Of a stretch of 64,000 bases of DNA, positions 12,901-24,899 are shown piece by piece. Numbering within the stretch: the first letter of the stretch is position 1; every line of letters begins with the position of its first letter. The translations under genes and the position numbers were made by a program. The stretch comes from Octopus sinensis (lineage: Eukaryota), in contig NC_042998.1 of the NCBI RefSeq assembly GCF_006345805.1, positions 26,350,001-26,414,000 on the forward strand, read 5' to 3'. The notes under the pieces were generated by a model. That model was not told where the DNA came from. It saw only the letters and a program-made list of their open reading frames with translations, and made no database searches.

Positions 12901-12914
12901 CAACAGCAATAGTA

Positions 12915-13368
12915 ATAATAATAATGGTTTCAAATTTTGCCACAAGAGCAGCACTTTTGTTGGGAGGGAATGATTCGATTGCATTGACCCCAGTATTCAA
13001 CTGATACTTATTTCATCAACTCCAAAAAGATGAAGGGCAAAGTCGACCTTAGGGAAATTTGAACTCAGAATGTAGCGACAAGTGAAATACCGCTAAGCAT
13101 TTAATCCAGTGCACCAACGATTCTGCCAGCTCACCACCTTAAATAATAATAATCCTTTCTACAATAGACACAAGGCTTGAAATTGTGGGGGAGGGGGCTA
13201 GTTGATTACACTGACACCAGTGCATAACTGGTACTTAATTTATTGACACCGAAAGGATGAAAGGCAAAGTCAACTTTGGTGAAATTTGAACTCAGATTGT
13301 AGCAGCAGATGAAATACTGCTTAGCATTTTGCCTGGTGTGCTAATGATTCTGTCAGCTCGCCGCCTTA
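12915..13368 (-). mobile_element. Two tandem SINE-B copies
   Basis: Two successive matches, 12915-13140 and 13150-13368, each ending CGCC(A)CCTTAA. Confidence 0.8.
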
Positions 13369-14439
13369 ATAATAATAATAAGAAGAAGAAGAAGAAGAAG
13401 AAGAATAACAATAATACATACTGACAGGCAGACAGATGTATATATCTGTGTGTGTGTTTTCATGGAAAATCTACTTTTTCTGTCGAGGCCTTATATGCCC
13501 CAATATTAGATTATTTTCTTTCGTCAATATACGGTAATCGCTTATAAGCTTTAAGCTTATAAAACATTATTATTTACAGAATAATATATATAATATATAT
13601 ATATATATATCAACAAAAATAAAATAAATTGCAAAACTAGGAATTCTTGTAGGAAAATGTAGCTGCTCTAGTGGTATTCTATTTAAACTGTTTAAACTCT
13701 ACTATTAAACCAAAACATAAACTGTAAACTTCCAGGCTAATTTGAGCTGCATAAAATTGTAATAATGAATATAATCAGAAACTTGTTCAGCCTAAGGACT
13801 TTAGGATAGGCTCGATGTTGTAACCTACATGTAGTTCAATGAGAATTAATAATAATTTCTGCTCTTTGCCACAGGGCAAATAAATATGATACTTTATAGT
13901 GGAATAACAGAGATAACTATTTTAGGTTGTATGTACATAATCACAAACTGTGAAGCCAAATTATACATAAATACATGTACACATATACTTATGGAATATG
14001 CACACTTATGCAAGAATGAAGTGCGCATACACACGAGCACACACTTGTGTATAAATGTGAAATGCACACTGACAACATGAGTGCAAGTTTATCTACATGT
14101 GCACGCATATGCACACACCAACCAACTGCAGGTTTATCTTCCTTGTAAATTACTTTATTAGATGTTTCGAAGTTCTCAGATAAAATGCTTTGGAATTAGC
14201 TTTTGCACCTTGATTCAGTGGCTGGAGCAAACAAGTTGTGTTCTTAGGGTCACATTCTGCTATCACATTATCAGAAAGATCATTTAAGTTCAATCAATGG
14301 CTTCATTGAAATATTGTTTGATATTCCTGTTTCTCTTTCATATTCTAACCTCTTCTCACCTGGCACACAACCAACCACTTCCCTGGGTTCCACTCCCTTT
14401 CTCAACTAAGAGGGCTTTGTCCTGCAAGGTACTTGATGA

Positions 14440-14622
14440 TCCCACTGATGCTGGGGCAATGTATACAGAACTCAGTACACTGTTATGTGGTTGATGTCAA
14501 GAAGAGTATCCAGCCGTAGAAACAATGCCAAAACAGATTGGAACCTGTCAGCTCCTGTCGAACCATTCCAACCCAAGCCAGCATGAAAGACAGACATTAA
14601 ATGAGGATGATGATGATTGTAC
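14440..14622 (+). mobile_element. Diverged family C tail
   Basis: AAGAGTATCCAGCCGTAGAAAC...GCATGAAAGACAGACATTAAATGAGGATGATG. Confidence 0.65.
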
Positions 14623-14699
14623 CTTTCTGATGGCTGGCAAAATGTTTGTAAACAAGTTTTGAAAAAGGCTGACAACTATCTAAGTCTTTTTGTTTGAAC

Positions 14700-15150
14700 G
14701 CCAAGTCACAAGTAGATTAAAATTGGCACAAACCTTCAAAGCCCCCACAGTTTGGACGAGTGATACAAAACCTGATTTTTGCATATTTTAAAGATTGATA
14801 CAGATTTTTCTTCCCCAGAAATATAAGTCATGGAAGGCATACATTTTCAGAAAAGTTCAGTTTCGTTAATATTGCACAAATATTTTGGTGAACACCTTCC
14901 TTCACCTATAATATTCTTCAGCTCCTCAGGATCATTAATAACAGCTTCTCTGTTAGTCGGCTTCACCACTCATTTTAATGTTGTACAAATTAAAATTCCT
15001 CTTAAACGTTTCAAACCAGGCTTTACTAGCAAGAAGAAGTTTGGCAACAGAAGCCACACTTTCTACTTTCTCCAAATTATTACACAAACTTTGAGCTTTT
15101 ATTTGATTAACCATTTTGTTTATTAGTACATCTAGTCTGAGCATCAAACA
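14700..15150 (-). pseudogene. Tigger/pogo (CENP-B-like) transposase remnant
   Basis: LASKAWFETFKRNFNLYNIKMSGE then, after a frameshift, PEELKNIIGEGRCSPKYLCNINETELF*KCMPSMTYISGEEK. Confidence 0.8.
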
Positions 15151-15584
15151 TAATCAAGAACCATTCAGTTTTATGTATCACGTTAGGTGTATCAAAACCA
15201 ATATCTGGACATTTAATAGTGAAGTTGCTTAAGTGCTTAACTAATTTTAATCTTTATTGTTGATCACTGTTCTCACTATACACTTTGAAACTGCAATGTT
15301 TTTGAATATGGTTGAGATTTTTTCCCACATAAAACCGTTTGAAAGCATTAAATATAATATCCAACATAACCTCTTCATAACTCATTAATGAACAACAGCC
15401 TTTGCTTCTCCTTGATAGTGTCTTTCTCTCTCCCCCCTCCCCCCAGTTGTCTTGAGTAGGGGTTATATTCTATAAGTTACATATTAGTACTTTAACCAAA
15501 CAGTGACAGTGTTAGAGAAGCAATCCACACCAAGCTGGCAGAACCATTAGCACACCAGGTGAAATGCTTAGTGGCATTTACATT

Positions 15585-16305
15585 ATGTACATTATTTGTC
15601 CTCATCTTGTTTGTTGTTAACACAACATTTCGGTTGATATATCCTCCAGCCTTTATCAGGTGTCTTAGGGAAATTTCAAACCTGAGATCTCATTCCTATG
15701 GTATTTTTCAATGTTGTTGTTGTTGTTGTTGCTGTTATTATTCAGGTCACTATCTGGAATCAAACTTTGAATCTTGGAATTAGTAGCTCGCACTCTTAAC
15801 CACTAAGCCATATGCCCGTGGGCATTTGTGGAGTGAATTTTAGGGCTTATAAATCTGATATTTTCCTATCCTTCCTTAATACTGGTTCCCATATTCTACT
15901 CATATCTGCACTCAGTCTGCTTAAGAGGTTATTATGTCCTAGCATATGAGCTGCTTCTTTTAGTTTTCGTATTTTCCAGTGGTGTTCTCTGTCTATTATT
16001 TTAACTTCATCCCACAGGGGGAGGTGGTTTACATTTTTCCATACCTGATCAGCTATATTCAATTTATCAATATCTCCTCATGTCACAGCTTTGCGATGTT
16101 CGTCTACCCTTATTTTGATGGGGTGGCCAGTTTCGCCTTTGTATAATCTACCACAGCTGTTTGGGATGGAGTATACACAGTTTTTGGTCATATTCTCTTC
16201 TATTGGTGGTTTTAGTCAAAGGAGATATTTGCAAAGTTTTATATTACTCTTGAAACATTGTGTTAACAACAAACAAGATGAGGACAAATATCCGTCAAAC
16301 AATGA
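15585..16305 (-). mobile_element. Penelope-like element: GIY-YIG endonuclease remnant, 3' pLTR and inverted partial pLTR
   Basis: NCVYSIPNSCGRLYKGETGHPIKIRVDEHRKAV...IADQVWKNVNHLPLWDEVKIIDREHHWKIRKLKEAAHM; the pLTR motif TGTGTTAACAACAAACAAGATGAGGACAAA is on minus at about 15595-15625 and on plus at 16259-16290. Confidence 0.88.
15619..15664 (-). ncRNA. Degenerate minimal type I hammerhead in the pLTR
   Basis: GACAC-CTGATAA-A-GGCTG-loop-CAACC-GAAAT-GTT-GTGTT; two core substitutions. Confidence 0.55.
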
Positions 16306-17127
16306 TAAATTAAGTACCAGTGAAACACTGGGGTCGGTGTAATCGACTGGTACCTTTCCCATAAATTTCAGGGCTTGTGCCTTCAGTAGAAAGGATTATT
16401 TGTAGCGTTATCTGCTACAAATTTCACCATTCCAAAACAGAATTACTTCACATATTGTGATTTTTATTTTTAAGATTGTTAAAATTAACTCAAGCTTCCA
16501 TTTAGGGAAAATGTATAAGAATTCCAAAATTCGAGGTCATTCATTAAAACCATGGTGATGAAGACTGATGCAAGCTCACAAGGTGTATAGCTGACTGAAT
16601 TACCCCTACTGTTTAGCTGATGCTTATTTTATTAATATGGAAGGAATGAAATGTAAGGACAACCTTGGTAGGATTTCAATGTAGAAATATGAAACTAAAT
16701 AGACATTTAGTTTGGCAGAATAATCAGATCTGAAGATAAATTACTGTTAAAAGCTATTGACCTTTAGAAAAAAATAACTAAGAAGGTAAAAATTCTTGTT
16801 GTTATTGTTGCTCAACCCCAAGTCAAGTTCAGTTATTAAAGGCATTTTAGTAGTAACCATACTGTCATTTTAGGAGTTAGTTAATTAGTTCCCTCCATGC
16901 TATGAGGAACATAAGGCTACAACACAACCTCTCCAACCAGCTCTGTTTTCTGCCACTGTTCTGGTCTAATTCCAGCTTCTTCACCCTTTTCATCTCCTTC
17001 TCTGGTCCTTTGTTATGTGGTTATAGGATGCCCTGCTGCTCTTTTCCCCCTCAGGCTCCCACTTTAGTGGCACCATACAATCACTTTCTCAAACTTTTTA
17101 AGAGTAAGACTACATTATTTGATATCC

Positions 17128-17557
17128 TTTTACTTGTTTCAACCATTTGACAGTGGCCATGGAGCACTGCCTTCAGTCGAACAAATCGACCCCAGGACTT
17201 ATTCTTTGTAAGCCTAGTACTTATTCTATCTGTCTCTTTTGCTGAACTGCTAAGTTTCGGGGATGTAAACACACCAACATTGGTACTTATTCTATCAGTC
17301 TCTTTTGCTGAACCGCTAAATTACGGGGATGTAAACACACCAACATTGGTTGTCAAGTGACAGTGGTGAGGACAAGCACAGACACATATACACACATATA
17401 TATATATATATATGACAGGCTTCTTTCAGTTTCCATCTACCAAATCCACTCACAAGGCTTTGGTCGACTCAAGGCTATAGCAGAAGACAGTTGCCCAACC
17501 CAGTACTATGTGGTTGGGGAAGCAAGCTTTTTATCATACAGTCACACCTGTGCCTGT
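17128..17557 (-). mobile_element. SINE-A with internal 66-bp tandem duplication
   Basis: GTACTTATTCTATC...ACACCAACATTG occurs at 17217 and 17283. Confidence 0.85.
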
Positions 17558-17739
17558 ATATCTGAGCTTTTTTTTTTGCTTTTTAAGATGGTGGGTGTGA
17601 CTTGAGGGAGATTTCTAAGGCTATTTCCAGCAGGTTGTGCATTAGGTTGTATAGAACAGTGTTTTCTAAATTTATTTTGGTCAAGGTACATATATTTTTA
17701 ATTGCTAGATCTGGAGGAAGAGGTTGTGCTCATGCTTTT

Positions 17740-17990
17740 TGCAAGCTCTTTGAGGCTGGTGAGATGAAGGCTATTAATATTCTGCTAAAACAGTTGCCAA
17801 TCGACATTAGCAGGGAAGACCTGAGCAATGTGGGAGTTCCAGAAAACCAACATTCTAGAGAAGGAAGATTTGGTTGAGAGCTTGGTGTAGGACCCAGGGA
17901 AATGAGCACAACAAGGGTGATGGAAAGAGGAAAGATGAGTGAGTCAGGAAAACCTCTGTGGCGGTTGCATAAGTCTGTCACCTCGAGAAG
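17740..17990 (-). pseudogene. CR1/Jockey-like LINE ORF2 C-terminal remnant
   Basis: HPCCAHFPGSYTKLSTKSSFSRMLVFWNSHIAQVFPANVDWQLF*QNINSL resembles the SFFxRTxxLWNxLPxxVFP...FKxxIN terminus. Confidence 0.55.
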
Positions 17991-18572
17991 AAAACAAGGT
18001 TATAGGTCGGAGGGTGGAGAATGGCTCCTGGATGTTTCATAACTCATGTATAAAACTTTTATATTAACAGGACACCAGTGTGTTCTCTGTGGGTCAATTA
18101 TTAGAATGAATTTGGTAGAAGGAAACTGAAAGAAGCCTGTCGTATATGTGTATATACAAACATATTCTTTTATTTCAGTTATTTGACTGTGGCCATACTG
18201 GAACACTGTCTTTAGTCGAACAAATCGACCCCAGGACTTACTCTTTGTAAGCCTAGTACTTATTCTCTTGGTCTCTTTTTGCTGAACTGCTAAGTTTCAG
18301 GGATGTAAACACACCAACATTGGTTGTCAAGCAATAGTGGGGGGGACAAACAAACATACATGCATACATTCATCATCATCATCATCATCGTTTAGCGTCC
18401 GCTTTCCATGCTAAACAATGATGATGATGATGTATGTATGCATGTATGTCTGTTTGTCCCCCCTACTATCGCTTGACATATATATATATATATACATACA
18501 TATATACGACAGGTGACCCTCTTCTGGATGCAGTGTAGAATGTCTGTGTGTGCAGTAGCAGTAACTGTATGA

Positions 18573-18880
18573 AGGGGCACGGCTTAGTGGTTAGAGTATT
18601 TGGTTTATGATCATAAGGTCATGAGTTCAATTCCTGGCACCGTATTGCATCTTTGAACAAGACATTTTATTTCCCATTGCTCCAATCCATTCAGGTGAAA
18701 ATGAGTTGTACCATTATTTCAAAGGGCCAACCTTGTCACATTCTGTCATGCTGAATTTTCATGATATCTACATTAAGGGTACACGTGTCTGTGGAGTGCT
18801 CAGCCACTTGCGCATTAATTTCAGGAGAAGGCTATTCTGCTGATCAGATTAATTGGAACCCTCGTTGTCATAACCAGCCA
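18573..18880 (+). mobile_element. SINE-D-related tRNA SINE
   Basis: CGGCTTAGTGGTTAGAG...GAGTTCAATTCC head; tail AAGGGTACACGTGTCTGTGGAGTGCTCAGCCACTTG. Confidence 0.75.
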
Positions 18881-19129
18881 GGTGCCAGTAGGTACATCTC
18901 ACTCAAGTGTGCTGTGTATGTGCCATTTGCAAAAACCAATGGCAAAGATGCTCCTCTGGTTAGCTCATGAGTAAAAATAGTCAAAGAAACCCGATAACTT
19001 TATTCAATGAGCTGAAATCTACTTGCAAGACTTGTTTTGTTAGCTGTGGTCTAACTACATAAAACCAATTAACAAGCCTGTCAATCATGCATAAAATCAT
19101 TTGTTCATTGATTAAGTACTTATCTTTTT

Positions 19130-19335
19130 TTAATTTCATTCATTAGGCTGTGGCCATGCTGCAACACCACCTTGAAGAATTTTTAAATGAATAAATTGAC
19201 CCCCAGAATTTTTTCTTAAGGTGGTACTTATTCTATCAGTCTTTTTTTACCAAACCACTAAGTCACAGGAATGTAAACATGCCAAAACCAGTTGTCAGAT
19301 GGTGGTGAATGACAAACAGATACAAAGACATGCAC
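19130..19335 (-). mobile_element. SINE-A 3' half, diverged
   Basis: GCTGTGGCCATGCTG...GGTACTTATTCTATCAG. Confidence 0.65.
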
Positions 19336-19336
19336 A

Positions 19337-19399
<63 letters not shown>

Positions 19400-19400
<1 letters not shown>

Positions 19401-19740
19401 TCATCATTATAATCATCTTTTAACATCGGCTTTCCATGCTGGCATGGGTTTGATGGTTTGACTGAGGACTGGCATATTAGAAGGCTACACCAGGCTCCAG
19501 TCTGTTATGGCAAAGTTTCTACAGCTGGATACCCTTCCTAATGCTAACCACACCGACAGTGTAGTAGGTACTTTTTACATGCCACCAGCACAGGGGCCAG
19601 TCAGACTGCACTGGCAATGACCACACTCGAATGGTCATTTTTACATGCTACCTGCATGGGAGCCAGTCAGGCAGCACTGGCATCGACCACGCTTGAATGG
19701 TGCTTTTTCCGTGCCACCAGCACAAAAGTCAGTCAGCGAA
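19400..19740 (-). mobile_element. Family C tail
   Basis: Family match with tandem units. Confidence 0.8.
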
Positions 19741-19957
19741 ATTGGCACGTATATATATATACGTATGTGTGTGTATAGAGAGAGAGAGAGAATATAAGTC
19801 ATTGTCTCCATTTCTGCTCACTTGGATTCCCCTTTCAGTCACTCTTTACCCTGCTGACTTGGTCCTCACTGAAGATATCAAAGTGTAGGTTCAAATCATT
19901 TGAACTCTACAAAGTGTTTTCCACACTGAGATTCTCTCGATCTCATATGTTAATATA

Positions 19958-20115
19958 TAGACGCAGGAGTGGCTGTGTGGTAAGTAGCTTGCTTACCAAT
20001 ACATGGTTCTGGGTTCAGTCCCACTGCGTGGCACCTTAGGCAAGTGTCTTCTACTATAACCTCAGGCTGACCTAAGCCTTGTGAGTGGATTTCGGAAACT
20101 GAAAGATGTCCATCC

Positions 20116-20146
<31 letters not shown>

Positions 20147-20480
20147 AGAATTCACAAAAAAAAAAACAGAAGACGAAGACAGGTGGTGTTGACAACAAAC
20201 AGATGTATTAGTATAACGCTCGGTAAGTGAAAATCTTTAACGTTTCAAGCCTATGCTCTTCCACAGAAAGAAACAGGGAGAGAAAATAAAGAATGTGTAG
20301 TGGCTAGCTATCTATGCTTGTCACCCCCCACCATCACTTAACAACCAATGTTGGTCTGTTTACATCCCCGAAACTTAGCGGTTCATTAAAAAGAGACCAA
20401 GAGAATAAGTACTAGGCTTGTTCGACTAAAGACAGTGTTCCAACATGGCTACAGTCAAATAACTGAAATAAAAGAATAAA
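19958..20480 (+). mobile_element. SINE-A split at its microsatellite by a small Penelope-like insert (20143-20315)
   Basis: 5' half at 19958-20115, 3' half at 20316-20480. Confidence 0.75.
20234..20271 (-). ncRNA. Variant minimal hammerhead-like motif
   Basis: TCTTT-CTGTGGA-A-GAGC-ATAG-GCTT-GAAAC-GT-T-AAAGA; stems I and II pair, core altered. Confidence 0.45.
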
Positions 20481-21336
20481 ATAATATGTTTGTGCATACA
20501 CATATACGACAGGATTCTTTCAGTTTCCTTCTACCAAATCCATTCAAATAATTGACCCACAGAGAACACACTGCTGTCCTGGCAATATAAATGTTTTGTA
20601 CATGAGTTATGAAACATTGGGGAGCAATTGCACCGAATCAGTTCATACTTGGTTCTTTTAGTTTGGTTTCTTCTGTAGACAAACAAGAACTGATGGAACT
20701 AACCATTCAAAAGTGAGAGGGTCTACTTAAAGCTGATATGCTTTATTATTCATTGATCTACTGCTTCATTAATTAAATTATAGTACCATGATTAATACGA
20801 TGCCATAGTTAAAAACAAATGTTCTTTGATGTTTATTTATTAAAATATAGCTGGAAGCAAATGAGATAATGAAGGTAATTTAGTCCATTAAGGAGAGAGA
20901 TCGCTTCTAAAAACAATCCACTAATAGGCCACCCACACGAAGAAATAAAATATTATTAAAATTGAAGATCAGTTAGATGTGTTCTGATGAGGGTAACTTC
21001 CAATTGTTTAAATGGCAATCAACCTACTAGAAATAGCAGCAAAATCTATTCCAAGTCTCATCCCATCATCCTAAAAGAAGGAATAATTATACAAGGTCAT
21101 CAATATACTTCTAAAGAACATGGGTTAGTTATTTCTTGGCCAGAATGCTCAGACAGTTGCTGCTACTGCTGTTACTGCTGCTGCTGCTACTACTACTACT
21201 ACTACTATTCAGACAGTGTTGATCTGGGCTTAAAATCATCATCGTTACCATCACTATCAATCAGTTAGACAATGAGAGGCATTCAATCTGGCTAGAAATA
21301 GCAGCCAAATCTTTTTCAAAGCACCCTCTACTTTTC

Positions 21337-21792
21337 TCTTGTTTCAGTCATTAGACTGCGGCCATGCTGGGGCATTTGCCTTGAAGAATTTTAGTTGAAT
21401 TAATTGACTGCAGTATTTTTTTTTTTAAGCCTATCAATCTCTTTTGCCAGACCACTAAGTTACTGGGGTATGAATACACCAACACTGGTTGTGAAGTAGT
21501 AGTGGCATACAAACACAGATACAAAGACACACACATACACAGAAACACACTCATGCACATGCACACACATACACACACACAAACCCATATACACTCACAC
21601 ACAGAGAAATACATTGGCATGCACACACATTTATGACGGGCTTCTTTCAGTTTCCATCTACCAAATCCACTCACAAGGCTTCAGCTTGCCCGAGGCTACA
21701 GCAGAAGACACTTGCCCAAGATGCCCCACAGTGGAATTTGAACCCAGAACCATATGGTTGGGAAGCAAGCTTCTTACCACACTGCCACTCCT
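21337..21792 (-). mobile_element. SINE-A
   Basis: Family match. Confidence 0.8.
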
Positions 21793-21814
21793 GCATCTTT
21801 GTTCATTCTTTCTT

Positions 21815-21988
21815 TTAAAATATAACAAAAAATTTAGTAAAATAACTTAGTTATCTTTCAGCTAGTGTGAGGAACATAAATTGTGACTAAGGTTTGGTGG
21901 AAGATTCTAATTCAGAACTTATGGAAACAAGACATTTGTACAACAGAGCCAGAGGCAGTTTCAGGTGGGTTGGTATCAAAAGGGTTAA
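21815..21988. mobile_element. Truncated piggyBac-type MITE
   Basis: Homologous to 22005-22226; ends AAAAGGG-TTAA. Confidence 0.7.
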
Positions 21989-22004
21989 ATTAATAATTTG
22001 TTAA

Positions 22005-22226
22005 CCCTTTTGTTACCATATTTCTGTTGTGATGCTCTGTGTTTCTTTCAATTAATTTTAAATATAACAAAGAATTTAGTAAAATAGCTTAGTTATCATT
22101 AAGCTAGTGATAAGGAACATAAATTGTGACTCAAGTTTTGTGGAAGATTTTAATTCAAAACTTATGAAAACAAGACATTTGTACTCAGATCCGGAAGCAG
22201 TTTCAGCTGGCTTGGTAACGGAAGGG
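22005..22226. mobile_element. piggyBac-type MITE
   Basis: TTAA-CCCTTTTGTTACCA ... TGGTAACGGAAGGG-TTAA: TIRs and TTAA TSD. Confidence 0.85.
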
Positions 22227-22259
22227 TTAATTGCTTAATCTGTGTCAGATATTTCTCAG

Positions 22260-22550
22260 TGAAGGCATATGGCTTAGGGGTTAGGGCATTTGACACACGA
22301 TTGTAAGGTTATGAGTTCAATTCCCAGCAACGTGTTGTGTCCTTGAACAAGACACTTTATTTCATATTGCTCCAGTCCACTCAGCTGGCAAAAATGAGTT
22401 GTACCTCTATTTCAAAGGACCGGCTTTGTCACAATCTGTGTCACGCTGATTCTCCCTGAGAATTTTATCAAGGGTACACGTGTCTGTGGAGTGCTTAGCC
22501 ACTTGCACATTAATTTCACAAGCAAGCTGCTCCATTGATTGTATCAGCTG
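22260..22550 (+). mobile_element. SINE-D-related tRNA SINE
   Basis: Homologous to 18573-18880; shares body with 8968-9228. Confidence 0.75.
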
Positions 22551-22579
22551 TCATCTTAACCTACTGAGTGCTCCTTTCA

Positions 22580-22940
22580 AGTGGAGGTGCAATGGCCCAA
22601 TGGTTAGGGCAGCAGACTTGCAGTCATAGGATCACAATTTCGATCTACAGACTGGGCGTTGTGAGTGTTTATTGAGTGAAAACACCTAAAGCTCCGTGAG
22701 GCTCCAGCAGTGGGTGGTAGTGAACCCTGCTGTACTCTTTCACCACAACTTTCTTTCACTCTTTCTTCCTATTTCTATTGTACCTGTATTTCAAAGGGCC
22801 AGCCTTGTCACACTGAATCTCCCTCAGAACTACATTAAGGGTACACATATCTGTGGATTTGCATGTTAATTTCCCAAGCAAGCTGTTCTGTTGATCGTAT
22901 CAGCTGTGGCCCTCGTCATCGTAACCGACAGAGTGCTCCT
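22580..22940 (+). mobile_element. tRNA SINE with a different head but the same 3' half as 22260-22550
   Basis: Head TGGCCCAATGGTTAGGGCAGCAGACTTGCAGTC; shared TTGTACCTGTATTTCAAAGGGCCAGCCTTGTCAC...AAGGGTACAC. Confidence 0.7.
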
Positions 22941-23479
22941 TTTAGATATTTCTTAAGCAGAATTGATTAAACTTCTTCAACAACAAATACAACTACAGCT
23001 GCTGCTGCTGTTGCTGCTCCTCATTATAATGTTTCATGCTAAAATAGAGTGAAATAATTCATAAGTCGAAAGGCAATCTACCTAAATAACAAGTTGCCAT
23101 AAATCAAGGAATAATGATTGCTGAGTGAAAGCAATTTAAAACCATTTACCAGCTTCCATTTATTTTCTCACCTTATAAACACAGCAGAACACAGAACAAT
23201 ATCTGAGTATAAGAAATTCCAGAAATTTGTTACATTCTTGTTTTGGAGGAATAAATGATGTGTGTGTGTGTAAGTGTGTGTCTGCATTTGTGTCTGTGTG
23301 TATGTAGCAACTTCTGAAATTTTGTCTAGGTGAATCTAACCGAAGAGAACTAATCAAATTTATGTTAACAAATGTAACTTGGAAAGTTCAAAACCTAGGT
23401 CCTAGATTATTCACATCTGGGTTGTGCATTTTTTTAATGTTCTTCCTACAGGTTCACTGCCTGCAAACATCTTTGCCAG

Positions 23480-23511
<32 letters not shown>

Positions 23512-23515
23512 CATA

Positions 23516-23745
23516 TTTCTTTACTACCCACAAGGGGCTAAACACAGAGAGGACAAACAAGGACAGACAAACGGATTAAGTCAATTATATCAACCCCAGT
23601 GCGTAACTGGTACTTATTTAATCGCCCCCGAAAGGATGAGAGGCAAAGTCGACCTCGGCGGAATTTGAACTCAGAACGTAGCGGCTGACGAAATACCGCT
23701 AAGCATTTCACCTGGCGTGCTAACGTTTCTGCCAGCTCACCGCCT
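23516..23745 (-). mobile_element. SINE-B
   Basis: Near-consensus copy. Confidence 0.9.
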
Positions 23746-23819
23746 TTGTATATATATATATACAGTGAAGCTTTAGTATAGGGTTGTATATTATTGACTG
23801 TATTATTGTACCACTATTC

Positions 23820-23858
<39 letters not shown>

Positions 23859-24074
23859 GCACACGCACACATACACGAATTTATTACCTCAGATTAAGGT
23901 AAAATTATTTTTAGGATTACTAAATATAAGAACAAACATTAACATATATGTATGTTTTTATCAATATTTAGCAGAAGTAACAGAGTGACTCAAGGTCTGA
24001 GAGTTTTGTGCATTGGCACGAAACTCTCAGACCTTGAGTCACTCTGTTACTTCCGCTAAATTCTTTTATTCTTA

Positions 24075-24262
24075 TATTTGTTTTGGTCATTTGACTGTGG
24101 CTATTCTAGAGCACCGCTTTTAGTCGACCCCAGGGCTTATTCTTTGTAAGCCTAGTGCTTATTTTATTGTTCTCTTTTGCTGAACCGCTAGCTTACGGGG
24201 GATGTAAACACACCAGCATCAGTTGTCAAGCGATATTGGGGGGACAAACAGACACACAAACA
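24075..24262 (-). mobile_element. SINE-A 3' half
   Basis: Family match. Confidence 0.8.
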
Positions 24263-24307
24263 TATACACACACATAAATATATACATATATTTAAAATAT
24301 ATATATA

Positions 24308-24850
24308 TCATCATCATCATCATCATGTAATGTCCGTTTTCCATGCTGGCATGCGTTGGATGGTTTGGCTGCACCAGACTCCAATCTGATCTGGCAATGT
24401 TTCTAAAGCTGGATGCCCTTCCTAAGGCCAACCACTCCGAGAGTGTAGTGGGTACTTTTTACATGCCACCGGCACAAGAGCCAGTCAGGGAATATTGGAA
24501 TCAGTCACGATCGGTTGATGCTTTTTACGTGCCACTGGCACAGGAGCCAGTCAGGCAGACTTGGCATCAACAACGTTCAGATGGTGCTTTTTATGTGCCA
24601 CCGACACGAGTACCATTTGCATGACTCTGGTATCTGCCATGACTGCAATTTTACTTGGCTTTTTAGGTCTTCTTCTCAAGCACGACGTAAAGCCAAAGGT
24701 CTCGGTCATTGCCTCTGCGAGGCCCAACATTCAAAAGGAGCTCAACCACTTTGCCTCCATGAGGCTCAATGCTCGAAAGGTGAATTTTACATACCACCTG
24801 CATGGGTGCCAGGTACGTGACACCAGTACCATCCATGACTGCGATTTCAA
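24308..24850 (-). mobile_element. Family C LINE 3' end with ORF2 terminus
   Basis: (CAT)n tail; minus strand ...GLAEAMTETFGFTSCLRRP, nucleotide match to the ORF2 end. Confidence 0.8.
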
Positions 24851-24868
24851 ATACATGTATATACATAA

Positions 24869-24899
<31 letters not shown>

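Noticed and set aside
20975-21010. CTGATGAGGG motif
   Set aside because: No downstream GAAA core
23445-23480. Exon-like segment GSLPANIFA
   Set aside because: Lies in a decayed copy of the 57.4-kb repeat
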